From positions 1 through 64,000 of the forward strand of contig JAQBYT010000002.1 of the NCBI GenBank assembly GCA_027622665.1: DNA of 64,000 bases, in the 5' to 3' direction. Source of the DNA: Verrucomicrobiota bacterium (GTDB lineage: Bacteria; Verrucomicrobiota; Verrucomicrobiia; Opitutales; Seribacteraceae). Below, one piece after another: positions 9,976 through 20,545 of this stretch (positions are counted from its first letter, which is position 1; every line of letters begins with the position of its first letter). The notes beneath the pieces are model-generated. The model was not told the DNA's origin. It was given only the letters and a program-made list of their open reading frames with translations, and did not search any database. The position numbers and the translations under genes were made by a program.

Positions 9976-10689
9976 ATGATCAAAAATAACATTCCCTGCA
10001 TGTTCACTGCGCTTACGGCTCTTATGACGCTCCCTGTCATTTCAGCCAAGCCTGGCAAAGATTTCATTAAAATTTTCGACGGTAAGACGCTCGATGGTTG
10101 GGAGGCGATGCCGGCCAAGACGGCTTTCGCCTGGACGGTTGAGGCTGGTATGATCGTGGGGAACGGTGCCAAGGCCCGCAGTTATATAGTCTACCAAAAC
10201 TCGGAGGTGGCAGACCTCGAATTGAAGTTCGCCTATCGCTTCCCGGGCAAAGGAAACAGCGGGGTAAGCATTCGGGCAATCGTCGACCCGACTGGCAAAC
10301 GTGGTTTCCAGAGTTATCACGCCGACATCGGTCATCTCGGCATCGGCCCTCAGGTGCTTGGGGCATGGGATTTTCATACACCGGGCCGCAAGGAGCATCG
10401 GTGTTTCCGTGGCGAACGGTTGGTGATCGACGAAAACGACAAGCCGACCTTAACTAAGCTCAAGGGAGCGGTGGCCAAGGATGATATCAACAAGAACGGT
10501 TGGAATGTCGTTCACGTTGTGGTCAAGGGCAACCAGTTCAAGTTTTCCATCAACGGCAAGCCGGCATCGGAATTCACCGAACACTTGCCCCAAAAGAAAC
10601 GCCTGAAGAGGGGCATGATCCAATTCCAGCTTCATGATCCGGGCATGATCGTCCATTTCAAGGACATGTACTTGAAGGTCTTGAAGTAG
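9976..10689 (+). CDS. DUF1080 (3-keto-disaccharide hydrolase-like) protein
   Basis: FDGKTLDGW, GNSGV, WN, GxIQFQLH, VHFKD motifs. Confidence 0.88.
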   Translation: MIKNNIPCMFTALTALMTLPVISAKPGKDFIKIFDGKTLDGWEAMPAKTAFAWTVEAGMIVGNGAKARSYIVYQNSEVADLELKFAYRFPGKGNSGVSIRAIVDPTGKRGFQSYHADIGHLGIGPQVLGAWDFHTPGRKEHRCFRGERLVIDENDKPTLTKLKGAVAKDDINKNGWNVVHVVVKGNQFKFSINGKPASEFTEHLPQKKRLKRGMIQFQLHDPGMIVHFKDMYLKVLK

Positions 10690-10811
10690 GTGCTTTCAGA
10701 ATAGTTCCGCGATTATTAAAAAAGTCCTTCTATACTTTCTCTTTTTTTTCCATCGGGTATGGTGCCTTAGCCGAGGAGGCCTACGAGATTACCGCCAAGG
10801 CATGGAGCGCA

Positions 10812-11956
10812 TTGGGAAGCAAGAATTGGGATGCGGCCATAGCCCATGCCAACAAGGCGATCCGGACTTGGGGTCCCCAAGCCAGAGAGACCAATCGTCG
10901 CCTCAAGGGCTATGCTTCCTCCAAGGAGGCCATTAAATACGGCAACCTCAACGAGGTGGGGACTTGCCTCATGCTGAAAGGGGATGCCCTTCGCCAGAAG
11001 GGAGACCTCAAGGGGGCAATCGCCACCTATGAGTTGCTCTTGAGGGATTATCAATACGCCCAGGTCTGGGATCCCAAGGGATGGTTTTGGAAACCGTCCG
11101 AATCGTCCCGCAAGAACCTCGTTTCGCTCAAGAAGGCTTCTGCACCTAACTTAAAGGTGGCCAAGCGGCATTTCACCGATGCTCAACTGAAGCTTCCCGG
11201 CAAGAAAGGGATTTGCCTGGCCATGCGCAAAACAGGTGAGCCCGGTTCGGTTCAGCAGAACATGTCCAAGCTCAAGAAGGTGAATCCCTACTGGAGTTAT
11301 TCCTGGAGTTGGGACCAAGTAGCCGGCCAGCCATCCAAGGTCGAGTTCATTCCCATGGCTTGGGGTGCCTGGTCCACCGATGGTTTGCGAAAGGGTCTTC
11401 AGATTGGCGTCATGCCTCACGTCAAGGCGGGCAAGGTAAAGCGTTTCCTCGGTTTCAACGAACCTGACAAATCGGACCAGGCCAACATGTCCTACAAGGC
11501 TGCCCTCAAGTACTGGCCGATACTCGAGACGCTTAAGGTTCCCTTGTGTAGCCCCGCCTGCGCCAATCCGGAGGGAGTGAACGACGACACCGTGCAGGGC
11601 GTCCGAGGTACTTGGATGCGTGACTTCATGACCGAGGCCGATCGTCTAGGTTACCGGGTCGACTACACCGGGGTGCATTGGTGCGGCGGCACCCACGTGG
11701 CCGACTTCAAGGCCAAGACCTTGGCCCAAAACCGGCACAAGCCGCACTTGGTATTGGCCTTCATGAAGGAGGTTCTCCCTTGGCTCGAGAGGCAGGACTA
11801 GGTGCCGGCTATGCTTGGTTCTCCTTCGGAATCAAAGAGGCGGTCGGGCATACTTCGGCCCTCTATGACAAGAACGGCAACCTTGCCGCTTGCGGTCGCT
11901 ACTACCGGAGCATCACTACTCAAAATCCCGATGGCGATCAATCTATCGGGAGGTGA
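10812..11956 (+). pseudogene. TPR + glycoside hydrolase (GH128-like), internally deleted with nonsense codon
   Basis: EFIPMAW, FLGFNEPD, GVHW, YAWF; second catalytic segment missing; TAG at 11799. Confidence 0.7.
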
Positions 11957-12078
11957 ACTTTTTCAAATCGGTCCTCTTAACCTTCCTGATCTCTTTGCTC
12001 ATACGGTTAGAAAAAATGTCGCGTCGAGTACGCCTGCCTGTAAACCTTTCCGTTTTTCTATTTAATATTGTCCATCTC

Positions 12079-15000
12079 ATGAAATGCCTTCGATTTGTCT
12101 TCGCCATCTTAGCTGCTTTCTTTGTCGCGACCAGCGCCTATGCCCAAAAAGGGCGGGCGGTCAACGTCACCGTGCCCGACGAACTGGAAGCTACCCTGTT
12201 CTCTCCCAATACCCTGACTCCCTGCGTCGCTTGCATCGGGGTGGCCCCCACTGGTGAGGTCTATGCCGGTGTCGACCGGATCGGCTCCCTCGGCAAGGGA
12301 GGCGGCAAGGGTTCAATCATACGCCTCATTGATGCCGATCACGATGGTATCTCCGAGGCACATACCGTGTATGCCGTCATTGATAACCCGCGCGGGATCG
12401 TGCCGGTTGGCGACAAGCTCTACGTCCTCCATACCAAATGGGGTGAAGGCAAGGATTTCGACGGCATGTTCCTTTCCGTGCTGACCGACGCCAATGGCGA
12501 TGGCAAGGCGGACGGGCCACCCAAGCATTTGGTCAAGGAGATCAGTACCCGCAAGTTCAACCAAGCCCGCGGCGTGGACCATACCACTAACGGGATCCGC
12601 ATGGGGATCGATGGCTGGATCTACGTCGCGATCGGCGATTTCGGTTTCGTCGACGCCGAGGGCACCGATGGCACCAAGCTCACCATGTACGGTGGGGGCG
12701 TGATACGCGTGCGTCCCGACGGCACGGAGCTCGAGACCTACGCCCATGGCTTACGCAACATCTACGACATCGCGATTGACCCCTTTATGAATATGTACAC
12801 CCGCGGTAACACCAATGACGGCGGTGGTTGGAACATGCGCTTTATCCACGAGATCCAGACCGGGCAATACGGATACCCGAAGCTCTTCAAGCGCTACACC
12901 AGCGAAATCATTCCGGCCCTCGTCGACGTGGGCGGGGGTTCCGGTACCGGGGCCATGTTCTTCGACGAACCGGGTTGGCCCGCCAAGTACAACGACGTTC
13001 CCATGATGTGCGACTGGGGCCGCGGCGAGTTATTCATTCATCGCATTACGCCGGATGGGCCGAGCTTTACCCAGGAGCAGGAAAGTTTCATCAAGTGCGG
13101 ACGCATCACCGACGTCGACTGCGACGGTTCCGGTCGCCTTTTCATCGGTAGCTGGAGTAATTCCGGTTTCAGCGGAGGCACCGGCGGATACGTCGCCCGA
13201 GTGGTTCCGAAAGGTTGGAAATACAAGGAGTTTCCCGATCTGCAAAAGCGCAATGCAGTCGACTTGGCCAATATGTTGAGCACTCCCAGCGCTAAGACCC
13301 GCCTCCATGCGCAACAGGAAATTTTGCGCCGAGGTGGAGCTGGCAAGGAGGTGCTTGCGGTGGCAGTCGACAAGAAGTTGGCTCGCAAGTCACGAGTGGC
13401 TGCGATCTACACCTTGAAGCAACTGCTCGGGGCGAAGTCGCACAAGGATCTCTTGAAGCTGGTTGACGATCCCGCCGTGGCCGAGCATGCCCTGCGTGCC
13501 TTGGGCGATCGCAAGACCCAATTGGACGGCATCCCTCAAGCCCCATTCGCCAATGCCCTCAAGAGCAAGGATCCGCGCGTGCAGGTGGCTGCTGCGGTTG
13601 CCCTCGGGCGCCTTGGCGACAAGTCGGCAGCCTCTGCTTTGCTATCCGTTTCAAATCCGCCGACAGTTGATCCCTTGCCGGCATTCGAAGCACCCCCCAA
13701 GCAGGATTCCGGTCCGCAAGACATTCACCAGAGTCCGGTCATAGATGGCAACAAGGCACACGCTTTCGATATCGATATCTCGGGCTGGAAGGAGCTGTAC
13801 TTGACCATCGGGGATGGGGGCAACGGCGACGGCAACGACCATGGTGGCTGGTTCGAGCCCTGGTTGGTGAAGAAGGATGGTACCACCGTAAAATTGACCG
13901 ACGTCAAGTGGTCCGAGACAACTCAGGGCTGGGGTAAAACCGGCGCCGGCATGAGTCCGACCGGCGCCAAACTGGGACGCTCGGACAAGAAAAAGATGGC
14001 CTTCGGGATTGGTTCCCACGCAGTCAGCGTGATCTCCTACAAGAAGTTGCCCGCCGATGTTGTACGGTTCAAGTGCGTTGTCGGTTTAGCGGACACTCAT
14101 CGTGGCGGCAGAGTGCGTTTTTACGTGAGCAACAAGGTGATCAAGCAATTTGCCGGCGGTGGAAAAAAGCAAATTGCCGAGGGGCCGCATGCCACCCCCA
14201 ATGCCTCCAGCATTCTTCCCCACGTGGCTCGCCAGGCATTGGTTGCCCTAGAAGCCAGCTCAGCCTGTGTCGATGCAATCGGCACACCCAACCAGAGCGG
14301 CGCCCTCATGGCTCTTCGCTATATGCACGTGCCGGATGCGGCGGATGCCTTGATCGGTCGCTTCAAGGGAACCACGGACTCGGATACAAAGCAGCGCATC
14401 GCCAGAAGCCTCGTTCGGTTGGTGAATATGGAGAAACCATACAAGGGAGACACTTGGTGGAGTACCCGCCCGGATACGCGTGGTCCATACTATTACCCAA
14501 CGGCATGGGAAAAGACAGAGCTCCTTTCAGCTGCCTTGTTGGAGGCGGCGAAAAAAGGCGACGCCGCCCTCCGCTACGTTATTTTGGAACTGGTCCAGAA
14601 GGACCGGGTCGTGATCGCCGGCTTGCCCAAGGTGGGCGACCCTGTGGTCGCCGCGGTGAATGACCCCACCATCGATCTCGAGAAGATCATGAAGAAGAAG
14701 GGGCAGGTGGGCAAGATGAGCGTCGAGGACATCGCCATCGCCCTGACCAAGATAAAGGGGAACCCCAAAAAAGGCCCCTCCCTGTTCACCGCCCAAGGAT
14801 GCTTTGCCTGCCACGCACTCAAAAAGAGTGAGGTTCAAAAAGGTCCGTATCTCGGCCAGATCGGTGGTATTATGAATGCGGAGAAGATCGCACTCAGCAT
14901 CCTTCGCCCGAATGCCGAGATTTCACAAGGCTTCAAGACCGTTTCAATCAGCACCAAGAAAGGTGCCGCCCACGTCGGTTTCGTGACCAAGCGCCTGAGC

Positions 15001-15171
15001 GACCAAATCGAGATACGCAACATCGCCGGCCAGGTGACGATATTGAATCCCGCCGAGGTGGCTTCCGAGACCTTGCTGCCGATCTCCATGATGCCCGCAG
15101 GCCTCGCCAACGGCATGTCGATCGAGGACTTCGCCTCACTCGTACATTTCCTCGCCCGCCAGAAACAGTAA
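12079..15171 (+). CDS. PVC-type heme-binding CxxCH protein (beta-propeller, HEAT repeats, NPCBM-like, cytochrome c)
   Basis: Signal peptide; GIDGWIY, GLRN; CFACH; SMMPAGL. Confidence 0.88.
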   Translation: MKCLRFVFAILAAFFVATSAYAQKGRAVNVTVPDELEATLFSPNTLTPCVACIGVAPTGEVYAGVDRIGSLGKGGGKGSIIRLIDADHDGISEAHTVYAVIDNPRGIVPVGDKLYVLHTKWGEGKDFDGMFLSVLTDANGDGKADGPPKHLVKEISTRKFNQARGVDHTTNGIRMGIDGWIYVAIGDFGFVDAEGTDGTKLTMYGGGVIRVRPDGTELETYAHGLRNIYDIAIDPFMNMYTRGNTNDGGGWNMRFIHEIQTGQYGYPKLFKRYTSEIIPALVDVGGGSGTGAMFFDEPGWPAKYNDVPMMCDWGRGELFIHRITPDGPSFTQEQESFIKCGRITDVDCDGSGRLFIGSWSNSGFSGGTGGYVARVVPKGWKYKEFPDLQKRNAVDLANMLSTPSAKTRLHAQQEILRRGGAGKEVLAVAVDKKLARKSRVAAIYTLKQLLGAKSHKDLLKLVDDPAVAEHALRALGDRKTQLDGIPQAPFANALKSKDPRVQVAAAVALGRLGDKSAASALLSVSNPPTVDPLPAFEAPPKQDSGPQDIHQSPVIDGNKAHAFDIDISGWKELYLTIGDGGNGDGNDHGGWFEPWLVKKDGTTVKLTDVKWSETTQGWGKTGAGMSPTGAKLGRSDKKKMAFGIGSHAVSVISYKKLPADVVRFKCVVGLADTHRGGRVRFYVSNKVIKQFAGGGKKQIAEGPHATPNASSILPHVARQALVALEASSACVDAIGTPNQSGALMALRYMHVPDAADALIGRFKGTTDSDTKQRIARSLVRLVNMEKPYKGDTWWSTRPDTRGPYYYPTAWEKTELLSAALLEAAKKGDAALRYVILELVQKDRVVIAGLPKVGDPVVAAVNDPTIDLEKIMKKKGQVGKMSVEDIAIALTKIKGNPKKGPSLFTAQGCFACHALKKSEVQKGPYLGQIGGIMNAEKIALSILRPNAEISQGFKTVSISTKKGAAHVGFVTKRLSDQIEIRNIAGQVTILNPAEVASETLLPISMMPAGLANGMSIEDFASLVHFLARQKQ

Positions 15172-15181
15172 GAAGAGGTTC

Positions 15182-16771
15182 TTATTCGTTCGTTTTTCCT
15201 AGGTTGGCCACATGGTAGGTTGGGTCATTGTCCAAAATAATCACATCTACCATGCTTCCTGCTTTTCGTAGAAGTTCTCGGCAATTACTGCTGATGTGCT
15301 GAAGCTTAAGGGTTTTTCCAGACATCCGGTATCTCGTTGCGAGTTTATGAATAGCCTCTAATCCGGAGTGGTCCCAAACCCTTGATTCAATCATATCTAC
15401 AATGACGACTTCGGGGTCTTCGTCTGGATTAAATCCGATGCTGAAATCCGTAGACGAACCAAAGAAAAGAGGACCGTGTAAAAAGTAAACTTTGACACCG
15501 TCTTCTCGAATCTCCGACTTCCTGTGTATGTGATGGGCGGATTTCCATGCAAAAGTTATCGCAGAGACAATCACTCCACTTATCACTGCCAGTGCAAGGT
15601 TATGAGTTATTACCGTTACGGCTGATACCAAAACAATGACAAAGGCATCCATTTTTGGGATTTTACGTAGAATCCTGAAACTTGACCATTCAAAGGTTCC
15701 AACCACGACCATGAACATGACCCCGGTAAGGGCAGCCAATGGAATCTTTTCGATGAGTCGATTTGCGAAAAGTATAAAGACAAGTAGGAATATTCCTGCG
15801 GAGATTCCCGAAAGACGACCACGACCACCAGAACCAATATTTATGATGCTTTGACCTATCATTGCGCATCCCCCCATGCCTCCGAAAAATCCTGTTACCA
15901 CATTTGCGAAGCCTTGCCCTAAGCATTCTTTAGTACTTTCCCCTCGAGTCTGCGTCAGTTCGTCAATCAAAGTCAGAGTCATTAAGGATTCTATTAACCC
16001 AACTGCAGCGAGAATAAAGGAGAAGGGTAAAATGAATTGAAGTGTGTCCCAATTCAAAGGAATTGAAAAGATTACAAGAGAGGGTAATTTTCCTCCGATT
16101 GAGGCCATGTCTCGAATTACTAAGGTGTCGAGATTCAAACCTATTACGATAAAGCTTACTGTGACAATCGCGACCAAGGAAGAAGGAATTTGCGTGGTCA
16201 GCTTGGGTAGGAAATAAATGATGGCCATAGTGAGAATCACTAGTCCAAGCATTAGATGGAACTCGTTGCCGGATAACCATGCCGATTCCGTAGTAGTTGG
16301 GCTTACCGTAAACATGGGGAACTGTGCTTCGAAAATGACGATGGCAAGCCCATTGACGAAGCCAAACATTACGGGCTGTGGAATGAGTCTTACGAATCGG
16401 CCTACCTTTAAGCATCCGCAGGTGATTTGAATGATGCCCATTAGGATGACGGCGGCAAATAGGTACTGGACTCCCATGTCATCCCCGAGACCCAGTCTTG
16501 CGCCGCGTTCATTTCCGATTGAAACCAGAGCAACCATGATTACAGCCAGGGCACCTGTTGCTCCGGATATCATGCCTGGTCGTCCACCTGCGACGGCAGT
16601 AATTAGGCAAACCATGAATGCTGCGTACAGTCCCACAATAGGCGGCACTCCTGCAATTATGGCAAAAGCTACTGCTTCAGGGACGAGTGCGAGAGCAACG
16701 GTAAGTCCAGAAAGGAGGTCGTCCTTGGCCTGGATTCTATTTCCGAACTTGCGATATATAAGTTTGAACAC
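15182..16771 (-). CDS. SulP family inorganic anion transporter with STAS domain
   Basis: DLLSGLTVALALVPEAVAF, GGRPGMISGATGA, GGCAMIGQS, GPLFFGS. Confidence 0.95.
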   Translation of the reverse strand: MFKLIYRKFGNRIQAKDDLLSGLTVALALVPEAVAFAIIAGVPPIVGLYAAFMVCLITAVAGGRPGMISGATGALAVIMVALVSIGNERGARLGLGDDMGVQYLFAAVILMGIIQITCGCLKVGRFVRLIPQPVMFGFVNGLAIVIFEAQFPMFTVSPTTTESAWLSGNEFHLMLGLVILTMAIIYFLPKLTTQIPSSLVAIVTVSFIVIGLNLDTLVIRDMASIGGKLPSLVIFSIPLNWDTLQFILPFSFILAAVGLIESLMTLTLIDELTQTRGESTKECLGQGFANVVTGFFGGMGGCAMIGQSIINIGSGGRGRLSGISAGIFLLVFILFANRLIEKIPLAALTGVMFMVVVGTFEWSSFRILRKIPKMDAFVIVLVSAVTVITHNLALAVISGVIVSAITFAWKSAHHIHRKSEIREDGVKVYFLHGPLFFGSSTDFSIGFNPDEDPEVVIVDMIESRVWDHSGLEAIHKLATRYRMSGKTLKLQHISSNCRELLRKAGSMVDVIILDNDPTYHVANLGKTNE

Positions 16772-17046
16772 AAAGATTTCAATTTATTGTTTGCGGTGCA
16801 TGCATGCTTGTGGTCGATGTGCTTTCAAACTGGAGTCAGGCGCCTCAGCGGATTTATCGCTAAATCCGAGTTACTGCCTAATTCTTCCCGCTACGCCCCC
16901 AAACCTGCCAAAGGATAACTCATAGATCATAGATCTTTTTTCTTCAAGCTGATCTATTAAAAAACTTTTGGCTTACCTCATGAATCATAGAGCCTTTGTT
17001 GCTTGGAATACTTTCTTAACAATGAATTTCAGATTATACTCATCCT

Positions 17047-18482
17047 TTGATTACTGCTATGACAATCGGAGCGTACTTCGTTTGTCTCTCTTCTTTTGCA
17101 GCCTTTGTGGTTGCTGGTCTCGCGGCCGCCGAGCCCATGCTGGCGATACCTGGCAAGGTGCTATACCAAAACAAGTTCGACAAGGCCCTCGGCAAACCAT
17201 GGAAAGCGGCCAAAATCAGAAACAATAGTGTTCACCACCCGGCCAAGGCCAAGCGGTGCATTTTTCTTATGATGGAAGAGGGGCCTTCCCCTCTCGATAC
17301 TTTTGACCCAAGCCCGAGCTGACCAAGCGCCACTTGCAGAAATTTTAGCGCAGTGGCGAACGGGAAAGCGCTATGTCTTCGGGCGAGCGCTACTTCGTCA
17401 AGAGCCCCTTCGATTTCATAAAGGCAGGCAAGTGCGGGGCCGATGTTTCTGCGGAATGGCAGCATCTCAAGGAACGGGTGGACGACATGTGCTTTTATCG
17501 CGGAGGCCAGGTTGAGTCGGTCAACCATCCGACCGCCTGCTATCATGTCAATACCGGCAACAGTTTCGGTGGCGATCCTGCGGTCGGAGCCTGGGTAACC
17601 TACGGGCTCGGTTCGCTGAATGACAACCTGCCCGGCTTCGTGGTTCTTCCCCGCACCAGTTATCCTGCGGTCGGAGCCTCCAACTGGTCCAACGGATTCC
17701 TGCCCGCCGATCACCAAGGCACACCCTTGCGCCCCGAAGGCTGCCCCATCCTCGACCTGCATGCTCCGACCGGGATGACCCGCAAGGACCAACGAAACAA
17801 TTTGGACCTGCTGGCCAAGCTCAACGGCAAGCATTTCAAGGCGCGTCCGCAACAGGGAGAGCTTGATGCCAGAATGTCATCCTACGAATTGGCTTACCGC
17901 ATGCAGATGGAAGTGCCCGGCATACTCGACATGAAAGGCGAAACCGAAAAGACTCGCGAGGCCTACGGAATCGACGACGCCAAGACCGATTCCTTCGGGC
18001 ACAAGTGCCTGCTCGCCCGACGCCTCATCGAGAAGGGGGTTCGCTTCGTGCAGGCCTATGCCGGCAACTGGGATAGCCACGATTACATCGCCCGGGCCCA
18101 CGGGTCTCTCATTCGCTCCGTCGACAAGCCCATCGCGGCGTTGCTTGGCGACCTCAAGGAACGCGGCCTGCTCAAGGATACTTTGGTGGTTTTTTGTGGA
18201 GAGTTCGGGCGTACCCCCGATAATGGGATCAGGGGAGGGGGCACAAGCTACGGGCGCGACCATAACGCCAAGGCCATGACGATGTGGTTTGCCGGCGGCG
18301 GTACCAAGGCGGGACCCGGCTACGAGCTGCCCTCCACTTTGCAGCCCTTGGCCAAGTTGAAGTCTGACTTCAACGTGTTTTCCAAGAGGGATAAGATCGT
18401 GTATTTTTTACCGCTGAAATTTGCAGAAAAGATATCCCGTATGAAAAAAAAGTATTTCTCTTCTGCATGTTTCTGCGTTTAA
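17047..18482 (+). pseudogene. chimeric remnant: exported-protein N-terminus, frameshifted DUF1501, short DUF1552 piece
   Basis: HHPAKAKRCIFLMME..DTFDP frameshifted to WDSH..GEFGRTP..GRDH; ends GPGYELPSTLQPLA. Confidence 0.75.
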
Positions 18483-18493
18483 TTCCATAAGGC

Positions 18494-20257
18494 ATGAATC
18501 GCTTCACCGCATGTTACTATTCTATCCTAACGGGCTTTTTATTGTTCCCGCTAAAATCCCATGCAGCAATAGAAAGCATCAAAGTCTCACCGCAAGTCGC
18601 CGGATTTATTGAAGCCAGGTGCGTGAAGTGCCACAATGAAAAGAAGCACAAGGGCGACACGCGTCACGACACTCTTCCAGGCAAAACCTTTGACGGTCTC
18701 ACAGCCCAGCGTTACCAGGATATTCTCGATGTGATCAACGCGGGTGAAATGCCGCCGGAAGATGTAAAGCAGCCATCGGACGAGGAAGTCACTGCCTTCC
18801 TTGATGCCCTGACCGTTAATCTTTCTGATGCGTGCAAGGCCTTGTCCGACACAGGGGGGCGTATGGTGATGAGACGGCTTAACCGTCGCGAGTACATGAA
18901 TACCATGCGTGAACTTCTGGGAACCGAGATCAAGGGCGATTCCGTACCTTCCGATGACAAATTCAAGGGCTTTGATACCGTGGGTTCCGCCCAGGAAATT
19001 TCATCCTTTCAACTGGAGAACTACCTGACCGAGGCACGCCTGACATTAAGAAGGGTTTTTGCCGCAGAAAAGGAATTTGTGCCATTAAAAATAACCCGTA
19101 ATGACCTCGGTCGCGCGAATGACACTCAACTGCTTGCTGACATACAAGGATGGAAGCGAGGCATTGCAGAGCTGGAACATATTCTGGCCACCACCACGAA
19201 AACCAAATTTGTGAAAAGCGACTTCAAGAATCTCAAAACTTATAATGTAAGCAGCCTCAACTCCTATCAGGAATACGGACTGGAAGAAGTCCGAAAATTG
19301 TTGAACGGTCATCAAGTCTACCTAAAGCGGGACACCGGATATCTCGAAGATGAATCGCTCAGAACAGGCTACGTCGCAAGAAGCAGCCACGCGATCAACA
19401 TTCCCTCCCATAAAATGCCGCACGGTAATTACTTATGCCGTATCGCTCTCGGTGCCGAAGGCGAGCAGACGGATGAAATGCTTGATGTCCGGGCATTCTT
19501 CGGTCGGCGAACCAACGGAGCACTATCTGACCCCGGCATGGGCGTGAATGATGAATATACTTTTAAAATCACAGGGCATGAAAAGTCACCACAGGTGATT
19601 GAAATACCGCTCACCATGTCGCCACATCACACCAGTCGAATGAGCATCAAGATCCGTGGAACTTTAGGCAAACATGCGCCGGTCAGCGGCCTTTCATCGT
19701 ACAAACAAATGTGGATCGACTGGATCGAATGGGAAGGCCCGATCGCCAATGTCGACGACTGGAATCCCGCCAAGGGCTACAATCTTATTTTCTTCAAGGA
19801 CTTTGGCGCGGATGAAAGTGATGACTACGCCCGCGAAATCTTGAAGCGCTTTGCCTTCGAGGCTTACCGTAGACAGGATGCCGATCAGGACTTTATAGAA
19901 AAACTTTTTGCTTTCTATAAACAAAGGCGCGAGCGCGGGATGAATTTTGAAAATGCACTCCTTGAACCGCTGACGGCGATTCTCGCATCACCCCGCTTCC
20001 TATATTTGTCGGAAAATGATATGGGAAGCGATTCCCGTGAACTAACTGATCGCGAACTGGCTATTCGACTGTCTTATTTTATCTGGAGCACACCGCCTGA
20101 TGAGGAACTCTACACCCTTGCAGCATCAGGCAAGCTGCGTGATGAAAAAATACTGACTGCCCAACTGGATCGCATGCTGGCATCACCCAAAACTGAAGCA
20201 TTTACTAACTCTTTCGTCGACCAATGGCTGGAACTGGAACGATTTGAGGGCATCTGA
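18494..20257 (+). pseudogene. DUF1592/DUF1587 protein, C-terminally truncated
   Basis: CVKCH, GEMPP, RRLNRREY, LAIRLSYFIWSTPPD; lacks DUF1588/DUF1585 tail. Confidence 0.75.
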
Positions 20258-20545
20258 GCCATGGGGAAAAACGCTCAATGAGCTGGGCTCGACTGTTGTA
20301 AACACGACCTTCCTCGAGGGAGCCAACCACGGATCAGCTCAAAAGGAGGCCAGAAAAGTCGAGAGGGTTTACGACTGGCTCTTTCTCCCGCGAGCTCCCC
20401 GGATAAGTCTTCGCTTTGTATGGGCAAAGCTAATAATATATTGCCGTGTTCCAATCATGGCACAGGCTTTTGTCCGATTATCCGAAATAAACTCTGTCCA
20501 AACCTCCTGCCTCTAGATAGTAATGACTTGGATTCAAAACATATT

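Noticed and set aside
16835..16905. Possible riboswitch or tRNA upstream of sulP (CGGATTTA..TAAATCCG hairpin; GGGGGCGTAGC on minus strand)
   Set aside because: No cloverleaf or recognisable riboswitch consensus; needs an Rfam scan
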